Shown here: in pieces, positions 1 to 8,838 of the stretch
Layout of the letters: each line of letters opens with the position of its first letter
Numbering within the stretch: position 1 is the stretch's first letter
From: a virus
DNA length: 64,000 nt
Direction: 5' to 3' (one strand)
IMG/VR virus record: IMGVR_UViG_3300045988_128358
Program-made: the position numbers and the translations under genes
Notes under the pieces: model-generated
What the model was told of the DNA's origin: nothing
The model's database searches: none
Seen by the model: the letters and a program-made list of their open reading frames with translations, nothing else

Positions 1-1401
1 TATTCTGTCAATTTCTTCTTCAACTACATCCATAGCACCATTATACCATAATGGAATTTCTAACGGGTTTGATGTTATCCAAGAGCCAGTAATAATATAT
101 GAATCTTGTAAACAACATGATTTATCAACAAAAATAGCAATCGTTTTATCAATTTTACTTAAATTAGCCCATTTCTCATCAATAATGCCTGCTTTTGCAT
201 ATTCATATACAAATTTAACATAATCTGTATAAAAGATTTGATGAGGGTATAAAACAAGATTATCAAAAGTCTTTTTAAGATTTAAGAACTGGTCTTTATC
301 ATAAATCCAAGCAGATTCATTATTTGTTTGAACATATTTTGCGGCAAGTCCATTCATATCATTATGGTCTTTCATATTATTATGATAATCTACATAATCA
401 TCAAACATACCTCTGTGACACATAGTATATTTTCCATCATGAATAGGAACTACTACATGGGAGAATGAACCGCACCCTCCGCCGCAGAATGGCTTTGAAC
501 AATCTAAGCATTTTTTCTTATTAAATGAATTATCGTCTCTTAATCTACCTAATAAGAATTCTACACTTGGAATATATGTTTCATAATTTGGAATCCAGCC
601 ATCTAATTGTTTTATTTTTGGAGTTACCTCTTGGATTGAACGATAAATTTTTGCTACTTCAAGACCATCTTCTTTTGTCCATTCTGCGGGAGTCGCATAA
701 TTAAAAAGACAAGGTAAAAAAAACCATTTTCTAGTCTTTCTGTTTTTATAAGGCTGATACATTTCTTTATCAAAAAATTCAAACCATTCATATGCTTTTT
801 CTGGTGTATCTACAAAATGAAATGTAGGTTTTGAAAAAGTTGGTTTAGTATGAACGTATAAATCAATTTTAGAATCATCAAATTCTAATTCGCATAAATC
901 TCTAAAATTCTTTAAGAACTTTTTAGTAACGCCTTTACCTCTTCCAAAATCATTCATCTCTTCAGGCCCATCAATTGAGACCTGAAGATCAAAATGAAAT
1001 TTTTGATTACCATGATAATGTTTAATAATTGTATCAAACAATTTTTTTAAAGATTCAACTTGGTTTGGAAGAGTAAAATTTGTTGAAGTATCTATTTCAT
1101 TAAAGTTTGGAAAAGCTTCTAAATATTCTTCAAAATGGTCTATAAAACGTTCTATATGAAGAAAAGGTTCTCCTCCCCATAAAGTAATATGTTTAATATG
1201 TTTATCTGCTTCTGGGTCAACATCATAGACTTGTTTAATTTGGCTTCCATTTTCAAAATCTTTTGCCAAATCATCATCTATTTGTTTTAAACACCCAGTA
1301 GCATCCTTACAAATATAACAATATCCACAATTAAGATTACATAAAGCAGTAGTAAATAAAGTTATATTTGTAAAGTAAATTTTTTCATTATTTTCTATCA
1401 T
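1..1401 (-). CDS. radical SAM / SPASM-domain enzyme (partial; C-terminus runs past window start)
   Basis: Minus-strand ORF starts at the ATG at 1401..1399 (MIENNEK...). It has a CNLNCGYC CxxxCxxC radical SAM cluster and a GGEP motif, plus a later Cys cluster CLDCSKPFCGGGCGS that is SPASM/twitch-like. Not in the ORF track because it is truncated at the window edge. Confidence 0.7.
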   Translation of the reverse strand, partial: MIENNEKIYFTNITLFTTALCNLNCGYCYICKDATGCLKQIDDDLAKDFENGSQIKQVYDVDPEADKHIKHITLWGGEPFLHIERFIDHFEEYLEAFPNFNEIDTSTNFTLPNQVESLKKLFDTIIKHYHGNQKFHFDLQVSIDGPEEMNDFGRGKGVTKKFLKNFRDLCELEFDDSKIDLYVHTKPTFSKPTFHFVDTPEKAYEWFEFFDKEMYQPYKNRKTRKWFFLPCLFNYATPAEWTKEDGLEVAKIYRSIQEVTPKIKQLDGWIPNYETYIPSVEFLLGRLRDDNSFNKKKCLDCSKPFCGGGCGSFSHVVVPIHDGKYTMCHRGMFDDYVDYHNNMKDHNDMNGLAAKYVQTNNESAWIYDKDQFLNLKKTFDNLVLYPHQIFYTDYVKFVYEYAKAGIIDEKWANLSKIDKTIAIFVDKSCCLQDSYIITGSWITSNPLEIPLWYNGAMDVVEEEIDRI

Positions 1402-1431
1402 TAATAACTCCTTTTACTCTTTAAAAATATA

Positions 1432-2673
1432 TTAAAAATCAACGCCCTCTACTGTATAACTACTATGGACAACAAAACATTTTCTATCAACATTACTAAA
1501 GTTACTTGTATTAACATTAGAATAATTACCACTAAATACTCCAGAGAAATCACTTGGACAAGTATTTACACTAGAATCATTTGTAGCAAAATTACTTGGA
1601 CAGTTACTGGTAAAGAAACCTGTATATCCAGTAGCATTTCCAGAGTAATTAGAAGCATTATCTCCTACACAGCTACTACCAAAACTTGTAAACTGAGTGG
1701 AATTATTTCCAGAACAACTTGTTGTATGTCCAGTAAACTTAGTATCATTATTTGCAGTATATCCACCTGTATGGAAGGAGCTTCTTTTAGCATTATTAAC
1801 AGTAGTTCTGTTAGTGCTATTTGTTCCATTTCCAGAAAATTTAGAAGCATTATGTCCGTCAAAATTACCTCTTTTAATAGCATTACCAGATAATTGAACA
1901 TCTTTACTTCCACTACTGGCCCAATTAAATACCCAATAAGAATAATGATGATGGTATTTTCCAGTTGCGAATCCACTTTTATTACCATTATGGACTTTTG
2001 AAAATTTAGAACTATTACTTCCAAAAGAACTAAAATTTGAACCATCATTAGTTGCCCATTTGGTACTAAAAAATCCACTATTAAAAGTATGATGATGTCC
2101 GCTTCTAAAAGCATTATTATAGCCCCTTCTATTAGAAGTATTATTACTAGTTCTATTACCACCACAATAACCATCTTTATGACTACCAAAATAACCATTT
2201 CTGTGACCACTGTTACCAATTACATTAAAAGTAGTATCATTAGAAGTTCTATGTACGCCATAATGTCCAGACCTATTGGCATTAAAACTACCAAAAATAC
2301 CATAATTAGAACTATTAAAACCTCCACGACGACTTGAAAAATGCTCTCGGCAAGCTTGTTCCATCATTCCAATACTTTTTTCAATTTGAGCCATAGACCT
2401 TTTTCCAATTGCGGAGCTACCTTGAGTAACTCCAACAGGAACTAAGATTGAAACGCCATTTACAAATGAAACAGTATTTTTTGTATTTACAACACTTTCA
2501 AAAATTTCATTCATAATTTGTGCGCTGGTGATTTTAACACCAAATCCAACGCTTCCTCGGTTAGAAATAGCAGAATATCTACCATTCCAAGTTCTAATAG
2601 CGTCCAATCTGTCATAATAATCTTTAATAGTAGAGGCTTGAATTGGCTGACCTGTATATACTATTCTTGCCAT
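1432..2673 (-). CDS. repeat-rich protein, candidate substrate of the downstream radical SAM enzyme
   Basis: 413 aa. The N-terminal ~120 aa look globular. The remainder is low-complexity and rich in N/S/G/T/F/H/Y (GHxxG, NxS/T repeats, HHH runs) with 5 Cys clustered near the C-terminus. The rSAM gene follows immediately on the same strand. Confidence 0.6.
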   Translation of the reverse strand: MARIVYTGQPIQASTIKDYYDRLDAIRTWNGRYSAISNRGSVGFGVKITSAQIMNEIFESVVNTKNTVSFVNGVSILVPVGVTQGSSAIGKRSMAQIEKSIGMMEQACREHFSSRRGGFNSSNYGIFGSFNANRSGHYGVHRTSNDTTFNVIGNSGHRNGYFGSHKDGYCGGNRTSNNTSNRRGYNNAFRSGHHHTFNSGFFSTKWATNDGSNFSSFGSNSSKFSKVHNGNKSGFATGKYHHHYSYWVFNWASSGSKDVQLSGNAIKRGNFDGHNASKFSGNGTNSTNRTTVNNAKRSSFHTGGYTANNDTKFTGHTTSCSGNNSTQFTSFGSSCVGDNASNYSGNATGYTGFFTSNCPSNFATNDSSVNTCPSDFSGVFSGNYSNVNTSNFSNVDRKCFVVHSSYTVEGVDF

Positions 2674-2687
2674 TCAATCACCTCTCT

Positions 2688-3062
2688 TTAAAGTCTTGGA
2701 TTTGTTTGAAAAGAAATATCTATATAATATTCTGGAGTTTCTGCGGTTTGGTCATAATCTCCTTTTGCATTTGAAATAGCTGTATATTTAGTAGTTTCAA
2801 AAACAATTTTTTCTCCATCTTTAATAGTTATATTTTTAATAGAATTATCAACTTTAAAATATGGAAGAAAATCTACTAAACTAATATTATCAAAAGTATT
2901 TACTTCTTCGCCACTGTCTGCGGAAATATAAGTAGTGATATATAAAGCCGCTGTAGTTTCTTTTTTACCAGAATTATCTGGTAATTCTCTTATTTCTAAG
3001 CCTTCTGTAAAGCTTTTAATATGGCATTGTAATTCGCCATTATTTATAATTAAAGTATACAT
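2688..3062 (-). CDS. hypothetical protein
   Basis: 124-aa ORF in the same direction with tight spacing. Confidence 0.45.
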   Translation of the reverse strand: MYTLIINNGELQCHIKSFTEGLEIRELPDNSGKKETTAALYITTYISADSGEEVNTFDNISLVDFLPYFKVDNSIKNITIKDGEKIVFETTKYTAISNAKGDYDQTAETPEYYIDISFQTNPRL

Positions 3063-3112
3063 AATTTTCTCTCTCCTTTTTAAGAAATGAAAAAAAAGAG
3101 AAAATACTTTCT

Positions 3113-3610
3113 TTAATCAGACCAGTCATGTATCTTTTCTCTTGCTTTTTCATTAACAATATATGTCCCAATACAAATCGCGTCACATTCATCTTGAGTA
3201 GCTTTTATTCCATATGTATCAAGAACATATTGTTGAGCATTTCTTTTTTGTTCAGGACGAGTGCGCCCTTTTATATTTAATGCAGATTTCCATACACTTG
3301 CTAAAGTTGCACTATTTGGTATTTTTAATTCTGTTACTAATTCATAAATAACTCCGAACACTTCTGCTAAAACCTTAAAGGTTTGAACATTATTAGTAAC
3401 ATTTCCTTGAAGTTGAATATCTTCAAAAGCTACTTCATTAATATTAAATTCTTCAATAAGTTTATTTACTTCATTTTTAATGAAGAAAAGTCTTTCCCCA
3501 ATATCTTCTTGAGTAGCATTAAATTTACCATGAGCTTCAAGCTGACCTTCATTGAAGAAGGCCCAGCCTGAAATTCGACTTGCTTGGTCTAATGCGAGTA
3601 ATCGGCTCAT
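3113..3610 (-). CDS. RuvC-like Holliday junction resolvase
   Basis: N-terminal LALDQASRISGWAFF resembles the catalytic Asp region of phage RuvC-family resolvases. 165 aa. Confidence 0.55.
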   Translation of the reverse strand: MSRLLALDQASRISGWAFFNEGQLEAHGKFNATQEDIGERLFFIKNEVNKLIEEFNINEVAFEDIQLQGNVTNNVQTFKVLAEVFGVIYELVTELKIPNSATLASVWKSALNIKGRTRPEQKRNAQQYVLDTYGIKATQDECDAICIGTYIVNEKAREKIHDWSD

Positions 3611-4272
3611 TAAGCTTCTTGCAGCACTGGCTGACTTGCCGCATCTGTAGAACCAAAACCGCCTTCCCGCAAATCAACTGTATTATCATCCTCAGTTTTT
3701 AAATAAGGTTTAATAATACCTTGACCAATACAGTCACCTTTCTTTAAGATAATAGGAACTGGGGAAAAATTAATCATCTGAAAAAAGATATGTCCCTCAT
3801 TATCTGGATTATTATAATAATCACCATCTATAATTCCTACACTATTAGCCATTACTAACCAATATTTAAGTGGACAAGAACTACGAACTGAAAGCTCTAA
3901 ATATGTGCCAGGGTCAAGTTTAACTTTAACACCTGTTGGAACTAAAGTGGGTTTTGATAAAGTTTCTTTAGTAAAAGCAGCAACTTCATCAAGCGACATA
4001 GGTCTTTCAAGATATTTTTCTTCAAGTTTTTTAGACAGCATTTCTGCAAAAATACCCTGTGAAAGATTTGAAAAATGATAATGATATGGAAGAATTATTG
4101 TATCTTCTGCTACAATAAAGTCATATCCAGCAGATTCTATAGTCTTTCTTTTAGGAAGTAAATCATTTTCGCCTTGAAATTTTTTAATTAACTCAAATTT
4201 AGCCAAATTAGATTCCCTCCTCATAAGTAACATTGATATGCTGCTCTGGATCTTTTTCTGGAGTAAATTCAA
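3610..4272 (-). CDS. dut: dUTP diphosphatase
   Basis: dUTPase motifs are present: AGYDF, GIIDGDY, REGGFGST. The true start may be an internal Met. Confidence 0.8.
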   Translation of the reverse strand: MNLLQKKIQSSISMLLMRRESNLAKFELIKKFQGENDLLPKRKTIESAGYDFIVAEDTIILPYHYHFSNLSQGIFAEMLSKKLEEKYLERPMSLDEVAAFTKETLSKPTLVPTGVKVKLDPGTYLELSVRSSCPLKYWLVMANSVGIIDGDYYNNPDNEGHIFFQMINFSPVPIILKKGDCIGQGIIKPYLKTEDDNTVDLREGGFGSTDAASQPVLQEA

Positions 4273-4456
4273 TCTTAGCTTTTACAAGCTGATACTCTTC
4301 GATAATCTCACCTTTAGCTTTAATGTATTTAGTTGTATAACTAAAATTTGTTAATTCTCCGTAAGGATTTTCAGAAAGTTCATCTCTTAAAGCTAAAGCA
4401 TCTTCTACTGTTGGAACTCTAAATACTAATGTGTTGTTAATTAAATATTTATTCAT
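4208..4456 (-). CDS. hypothetical protein
   Basis: 82-aa ORF that overlaps the annotated dut N-terminus. Confidence 0.35.
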   Translation of the reverse strand: MNKYLINNTLVFRVPTVEDALALRDELSENPYGELTNFSYTTKYIKAKGEIIEEYQLVKAKIEFTPEKDPEQHINVTYEEGI

Positions 4457-4459
4457 AAA

Positions 4460-4714
4460 TTAATTTACCTCGATTTCTAAATTATTTTCTCCATATGTTG
4501 TAATTTCACTTGCTCTAATTTTATCAGCAACACCATCACAAAAAGCAGTATCGCCATATAAATGAATTTTATTGATATTTTCTGCGGAGCAAACTTGTGG
4601 CAAAAAGCCAGGCAAGTTTGCTAAAGAAATTTGTTCTTCTTGACCGTCACTGTATTGAACCTTTTGGTAAATAGAAAATATATCAATAAAACATACAATC
4701 TCATTACTGTTCAT
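4460..4714 (-). CDS. hypothetical protein
   Basis: 84-aa ORF. Confidence 0.4.
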   Translation of the reverse strand: MNSNEIVCFIDIFSIYQKVQYSDGQEEQISLANLPGFLPQVCSAENINKIHLYGDTAFCDGVADKIRASEITTYGENNLEIEVN

Positions 4715-5249
4715 AAACTACAATTCCTTCTTCATAATCAAATAAATACATGCAGGTAACTACATCTTCATATTTAACCCAAATTTCAATAGAAGAAGCA
4801 GAACCATCTTCGAGCTTATTAATCGCAACAGATTTAACTGGACCTAAAGCCGTCAAACATTCTTTTACAGCTTTAAACAAAGTCTCAAAATCTGTTTTTT
4901 CATCTAACAAAGTTTTCTTTTTAAAGATTGTAAAATAATTTATTTCTCTGCCATAAAGCATAAAATATTTACAAGTCTTTCCCTCTAACCATTCTTTAAA
5001 AACACTTTCAGCGCCTTCCCACTGACTATCCTCAAAATCAGGGAGCTGAGAAATAATATTTCTATTCAGCTCATAAAGATTAAGCTGAAGTCCACTGGAA
5101 GTCATTTCTCCTTGGACTGGGAACCAAGCTTTATTCTGATAAAGGAAATATTCATTGCCATTATCATTTTCTATATAAGCAACCTGTCCATCAACAGGGT
5201 CTTTTATATCATTTAATTCATTTGTTGTTGTAATCTTAATTAAATCCAT
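4704..5249 (-). CDS. hypothetical protein
   Basis: 181-aa ORF with a sigma70-like promoter just upstream. Confidence 0.5.
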   Translation of the reverse strand: MDLIKITTTNELNDIKDPVDGQVAYIENDNGNEYFLYQNKAWFPVQGEMTSSGLQLNLYELNRNIISQLPDFEDSQWEGAESVFKEWLEGKTCKYFMLYGREINYFTIFKKKTLLDEKTDFETLFKAVKECLTALGPVKSVAINKLEDGSASSIEIWVKYEDVVTCMYLFDYEEGIVVYEQ

Positions 5250-5270
5250 ATTAATTAGAACTCCTTTATT

Positions 5271-5299
5271 TTATATCTATATAATATCATATTTTTTTT
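5271..5299 (-). promoter_or_regulatory. sigma70-like promoter (TTGATT-N17-TATTAT)
   Basis: Minus-strand -35 at 5294..5299 and -10 at 5271..5276 with a 17-nt spacer. It overlaps the nrdG stop. Confidence 0.5.
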
Positions 5300-5778
5300 T
5301 AAAAATCAATACCTTTTTTAAGAATATGCTGATTAGATGAACCCCTCATAAATAATGTTATATCTCTTTTATCTTTCTCAAAAGGTCCATCTATTATATA
5401 ATCAACTTTATCTAAAATTTGTTCAATTCTATTATTATTAAAATCTAAATCTTTTAAATAATATCCTGTCCATAAATAAACTTTAGTGTCAGGAAGTTTT
5501 TCTTTAACAGAATTAATAATTAAATTAGTTAAAAATTGATTTTCTGGACAAAGAGGCTCTCCTCCCATAATACATAAATTACGGTGTAATCCATTAGCAG
5601 TAATAGCTTCAATAACGTCTAAAATAGTATCATGAGTAACTTCTTCTCCGCCTTCAAAGTCCCAAGTCTCTGGATTGTGGCAACCCTCACATCTGTGAGG
5701 GCAACCTTGTGTAAAAAAAGTTACACTTACTCCAGGAGCCGCAGAAAAATCATTTTTAATAATTCCTGCATAACGCAT
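5299..5778 (-). CDS. nrdG: anaerobic ribonucleoside-triphosphate reductase activating protein
   Basis: CPHRCEGCHN radical SAM motif plus GGEP, about 160 aa. Start placed at MRYAG instead of the upstream ATG in the track. Confidence 0.85.
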   Translation of the reverse strand: MRYAGIIKNDFSAAPGVSVTFFTQGCPHRCEGCHNPETWDFEGGEEVTHDTILDVIEAITANGLHRNLCIMGGEPLCPENQFLTNLIINSVKEKLPDTKVYLWTGYYLKDLDFNNNRIEQILDKVDYIIDGPFEKDKRDITLFMRGSSNQHILKKGIDF

Positions 5779-5783
5779 TATAA

Positions 5784-5981
5784 TTATTCCTCCCAATCAA
5801 AAAGCTTGCGGCCGCAGATAGGGCAGTATTTAATATGTCGAATATATTCAAATCCTATTCCGCCATCCCAGTCGTTTGCCATATATAAAGTATCATCTGC
5901 ATCTAATTCTCTACAATATCTACATTCTTCTGCTTGTTTTAAGTATTCTTCTTTGTCGTGCCAGGTTTTATCTGCGCCCAT
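5784..5981 (-). CDS. small zinc-ribbon protein (uncertain)
   Basis: 65 aa with two CxxC pairs. It overlaps the nrdD 3' end in another frame. Confidence 0.3.
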   Translation of the reverse strand: MGADKTWHDKEEYLKQAEECRYCRELDADDTLYMANDWDGGIGFEYIRHIKYCPICGRKLFDWEE

Positions 5982-6457
5982 TCTCTTTTTCCTCCATGTT
6001 TAACACGATGTTCAACTTCATCTTGCTTACCAAGATTAAAAGCAGTTTTATAATTTCCTGTTAAATATCCAGTAACTCTTCTAAGCTGTTGGATATGAGT
6101 GCTTCCGCAAATAGGACATCTATCATTAAATTCATCTGTATAACCGCACTCAAGGCATGTGTCGTTCGGTACATTAACTGCAAAATATGGAATGTCTTTA
6201 TCCATAGCATAATTTACAATTTGCTCTAATGCTTCAAGATTATTTTTAATACCAGAATCTAATTCAACATAAGTAATACATCCCGCAGATGAATAACCAG
6301 TTAATTGAGATTCAATATCAATTTTTTCAAATGGAGACATTTCTTTCCAAACAGGAACGTGAATTGAATTAGTAAAGAATTCTTTATCACTTACATTTTC
6401 AATTACTCCATATTTTGCTTTAAAGTTTTTTAAAGCTTTATAGCAAAGGTTTTCGGC
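5939..6457 (-). CDS. nrdD: anaerobic ribonucleotide reductase NrdD, exon 3 (C-terminal)
   Basis: Contains the zinc ribbon CLECG...CPICG and the glycyl radical motif RRVTGYL. Upstream it aligns to the exon 2 end as YYTP|AENLCY. Confidence 0.8.
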   Translation of the reverse strand, partial: AENLCYKALKNFKAKYGVIENVSDKEFFTNSIHVPVWKEMSPFEKIDIESQLTGYSSAGCITYVELDSGIKNNLEALEQIVNYAMDKDIPYFAVNVPNDTCLECGYTDEFNDRCPICGSTHIQQLRRVTGYLTGNYKTAFNLGKQDEVEHRVKHGGKREWAQIKPGTTKKNT

Positions 6458-7429
6458 CATTCGAACCCTCGGTTTCCCGATATTTCATAAAAAAGGGGAT
6501 TAGACTATATTATCATCTTATTATTCTATTACCAAATAATAAGAGCTCTGTCTTTCGGATATAATATCCTACTCTACTCACTTCTTCATTATAAATATTT
6601 CTTTTATAACTATGTTTTTGATAGTCGTTAGAGAACAAATCCATTGGTTTTATATTCAGTCAAGTATCTAAACCAATATCCACAACGAGGTTTTGTTTTT
6701 ACATTGTGATTACATTGATTTAATATTGTTGTTTTTGTAACGTGTAATTCTCTTGAAGCTTCTCCTACAGAGCCATACATCTTTAATAGATTGCCCTGTA
6801 AATCAAAACTACAAATATGAATTGATTGATTATCATCCCAACTTTTATCATTTTTAGCAAGACCATCTTTATAAGCATCTTTAGTATTTTTTGAATTAGT
6901 CCCCCATTCAAGATTAGATACTTCAGGGTTTGCTTTATTATTATCTTTATGCATTACTACTGTATAATTATTTGGATTAGGCAAAAAAGCTTCTGCAACT
7001 AAAATATGCACTCTTCTTTGTCTTTGTCCTTCTGGATAAGTTATACTGGAATATAAATATCCATTATTTTTATTTATAAAATTTGCTTTGGGATAAAATA
7101 AATCATTTCCATAATCTTTATAAATATTACCTTTTGAAGAAATATAATCAGTTTCACTTCCATTAATTAATCGTATTTCTTCATTAATTTGACTTCTTTT
7201 AATTAATTTATCTGTCATTTTTCTACGTGCCATAAAAAATTCACTCTCCTTCTATATTATATGAATTTTTATTATACACGACTGAAAACTTGTGTCCAAT
7301 GAATTTACCCTACGGGATTAACTTGCCTTATTACAGGTTTAGTCTCTCTTATCATCTTATTACGATTGCCCGTTTAACAGAGTTGTTTTTTCACACAATC
7401 ACTTGTGCGACTCCCAATCCGAAAAGTTT
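6458..7429 (-). mobile_element. group I intron (nrdD intron 2) carrying an HNH homing endonuclease
   Basis: Exon 2 ends in U (cct) at 7430 and the intron ends in G at 6458, giving an in-frame junction. P7-like elements gatagtcg (~6616..6634) and gactatattatc (~6495..6520) are present. Confidence 0.7.
6628..7233 (-). CDS. HNH homing endonuclease (intron-encoded)
   Basis: The HILVAEAFLPNP...VMHKDNNKANPEVSNLEWGT motif is an HNH_3-type signature. Confidence 0.8.
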   Translation of the reverse strand: MARRKMTDKLIKRSQINEEIRLINGSETDYISSKGNIYKDYGNDLFYPKANFINKNNGYLYSSITYPEGQRQRRVHILVAEAFLPNPNNYTVVMHKDNNKANPEVSNLEWGTNSKNTKDAYKDGLAKNDKSWDDNQSIHICSFDLQGNLLKMYGSVGEASRELHVTKTTILNQCNHNVKTKPRCGYWFRYLTEYKTNGFVL

Positions 7430-7948
7430 AGGAGTATAATATACACCAAAATTAAGCTTATATTCTTCTTTAAATTCCGCACATCTATCTTTAAATAACT
7501 GTTCAATTCTTTTAGCCAATTTCATTCCTTCTGGAGTGGTATGGTCTGTACCAATAAGAATTTGAAGAGTCTCAGCAAGTCCTAACTGACCTACTGCTAA
7601 AGTCCCATGCTTCAATGCACTTCTGATTCCTTCTTCTGGAATATATCCTTTCATTGTACCGTTCTCATACATGAAGGTTGCAGCAGAAGCATCCTGAGAA
7701 CAAATCCAATCAAAGCGTTCAATCAACATATCTTTTGCCTGATGAATTTTTTCATCTAAAAGAGTCATAAAATACTCAATTGCAAAAGCTTCTTTTGCAT
7801 CTTCACCAGTTAAAGCATATTGAGACATAAAGTTTTGTTTAGCCTCCATTGCTAATGTAGGTAAGATAATTGTTACAGGACAAATATTTCCACGACCATC
7901 TTTTAACTGACCAAAACCGTTAATATCGTACCCATTGGCAGTTCTGCA
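7430..7948 (-). CDS. nrdD: NrdD exon 2
   Basis: The frame opens upstream of the track's Met and reads CRTANGYDINGFGQLKDGRGNICPVTIILPTLA. This is the conserved NrdD GRGN...TINLP region. Splicing to exon 1 yields MGC|R. Confidence 0.8.
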
Positions 7949-8838
7949 CGTGTTTATCTGATGTCACCATCAGCACTGACTATATTATCATTCTATTTAA
8001 AAGTAAATAGAGTTGTCTTCCGCTTCGGTTCTCAGTTGCTTCGTTTCCTAAAACAACGACGGTGCTTATCTCCGTCCCTACTCCCATACATTCATCAGGG
8101 ATAGTCGATACACTTTATTCATTATAATATTCAAAAATCCAAGTATTTTTATAAGGACTTTTTATTTGTCCATTTAATCTGGCCGAAATAGATGTTTTAC
8201 CATTTTTAATTCCACAAGCTTTAGCACAACTAATAACAGTATCAAATATATCCACTTCATTAGTAATAATATTTGTTCGTTTAACTTTTCGTGCCATAGA
8301 GTTTTTAGAACCTATTTTTGTTTGTCGAATTTTTTCTTTGATAATTTCCATCTCTTCTTCAGTTTTAGAACGATATGTATTGCCTCCGCATTTAGATATT
8401 GCATCTGTTTCATTATATCCTTCTTCAACTGAATTATAAAATCTAATCCAATATTGCTCTTTTTGGTTTAATTCATCTTGAGTTTGAGCGGTATCAATTT
8501 CTTCTATGATAAAACTGTCTTTGCCATATTTCCTAATAGCTCTGGCAAAATGTGTATCTAAAATATTATTGACAGCATCATTCAGATGTCGATGAAATCT
8601 TTGATTTATTGGCCGTATTGTTTGACCAATATAAACTTTATTATTTTGAATATTTGTTATTTTATATATCCACATATAGCCTCCTCCTATGTGTGAATAT
8701 TATAATGAATCTTAGCACGGTCTCATCTTAACAACAAACTGCAAAGTCATTAAGACCTAACCGTTAGCTTATATATTAGAATATATAAACACCTGTTAGC
8801 ACAGTTCAAAAGATTTTAAATGGGCTGAGTTTTCGCTT
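7949..8838 (-). mobile_element. group I intron (nrdD intron 1) carrying a GIY-YIG homing endonuclease
   Basis: Exon 1 ends in U (ggt) at 8839 and the intron ends in G at 7949. Splicing restores the MGCR active-site loop. Conserved core elements gggatagtcgatacac (8098..8113) and tgtcaccatcagcactgactat (7962..7985) are shared with the gyrB introns. Confidence 0.75.
8115..8675 (-). CDS. GIY-YIG homing endonuclease (intron-encoded)
   Basis: IYKITNIQNNKVYIGQT, R..., YWIRFYNS and N make up the GIY-YIG motifs. Confidence 0.85.
   Translation of the reverse strand: MWIYKITNIQNNKVYIGQTIRPINQRFHRHLNDAVNNILDTHFARAIRKYGKDSFIIEEIDTAQTQDELNQKEQYWIRFYNSVEEGYNETDAISKCGGNTYRSKTEEEMEIIKEKIRQTKIGSKNSMARKVKRTNIITNEVDIFDTVISCAKACGIKNGKTSISARLNGQIKSPYKNTWIFEYYNE

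Noticed and set aside
1465-2337. Several plus-strand ORFs (1465..1893, 1697..1897, 2089..2337) and the minus-strand ORF 1665..2219 inside the repeat-protein gene
   Set aside because: These are low-complexity translations of alternative frames of the repeat region. The longest frame (1432..2673) is coupled to the rSAM gene and has a recognisable N-terminal domain.
8806-8838. Track ORF for nrdD exon 1 extends to 8806 (…KRKLSPFKIF)
   Set aside because: Residues after TMG are intron read-through. Splicing at 8839 restores the conserved MGCR motif, whereas the read-through gives MGKR and lacks the catalytic Cys.
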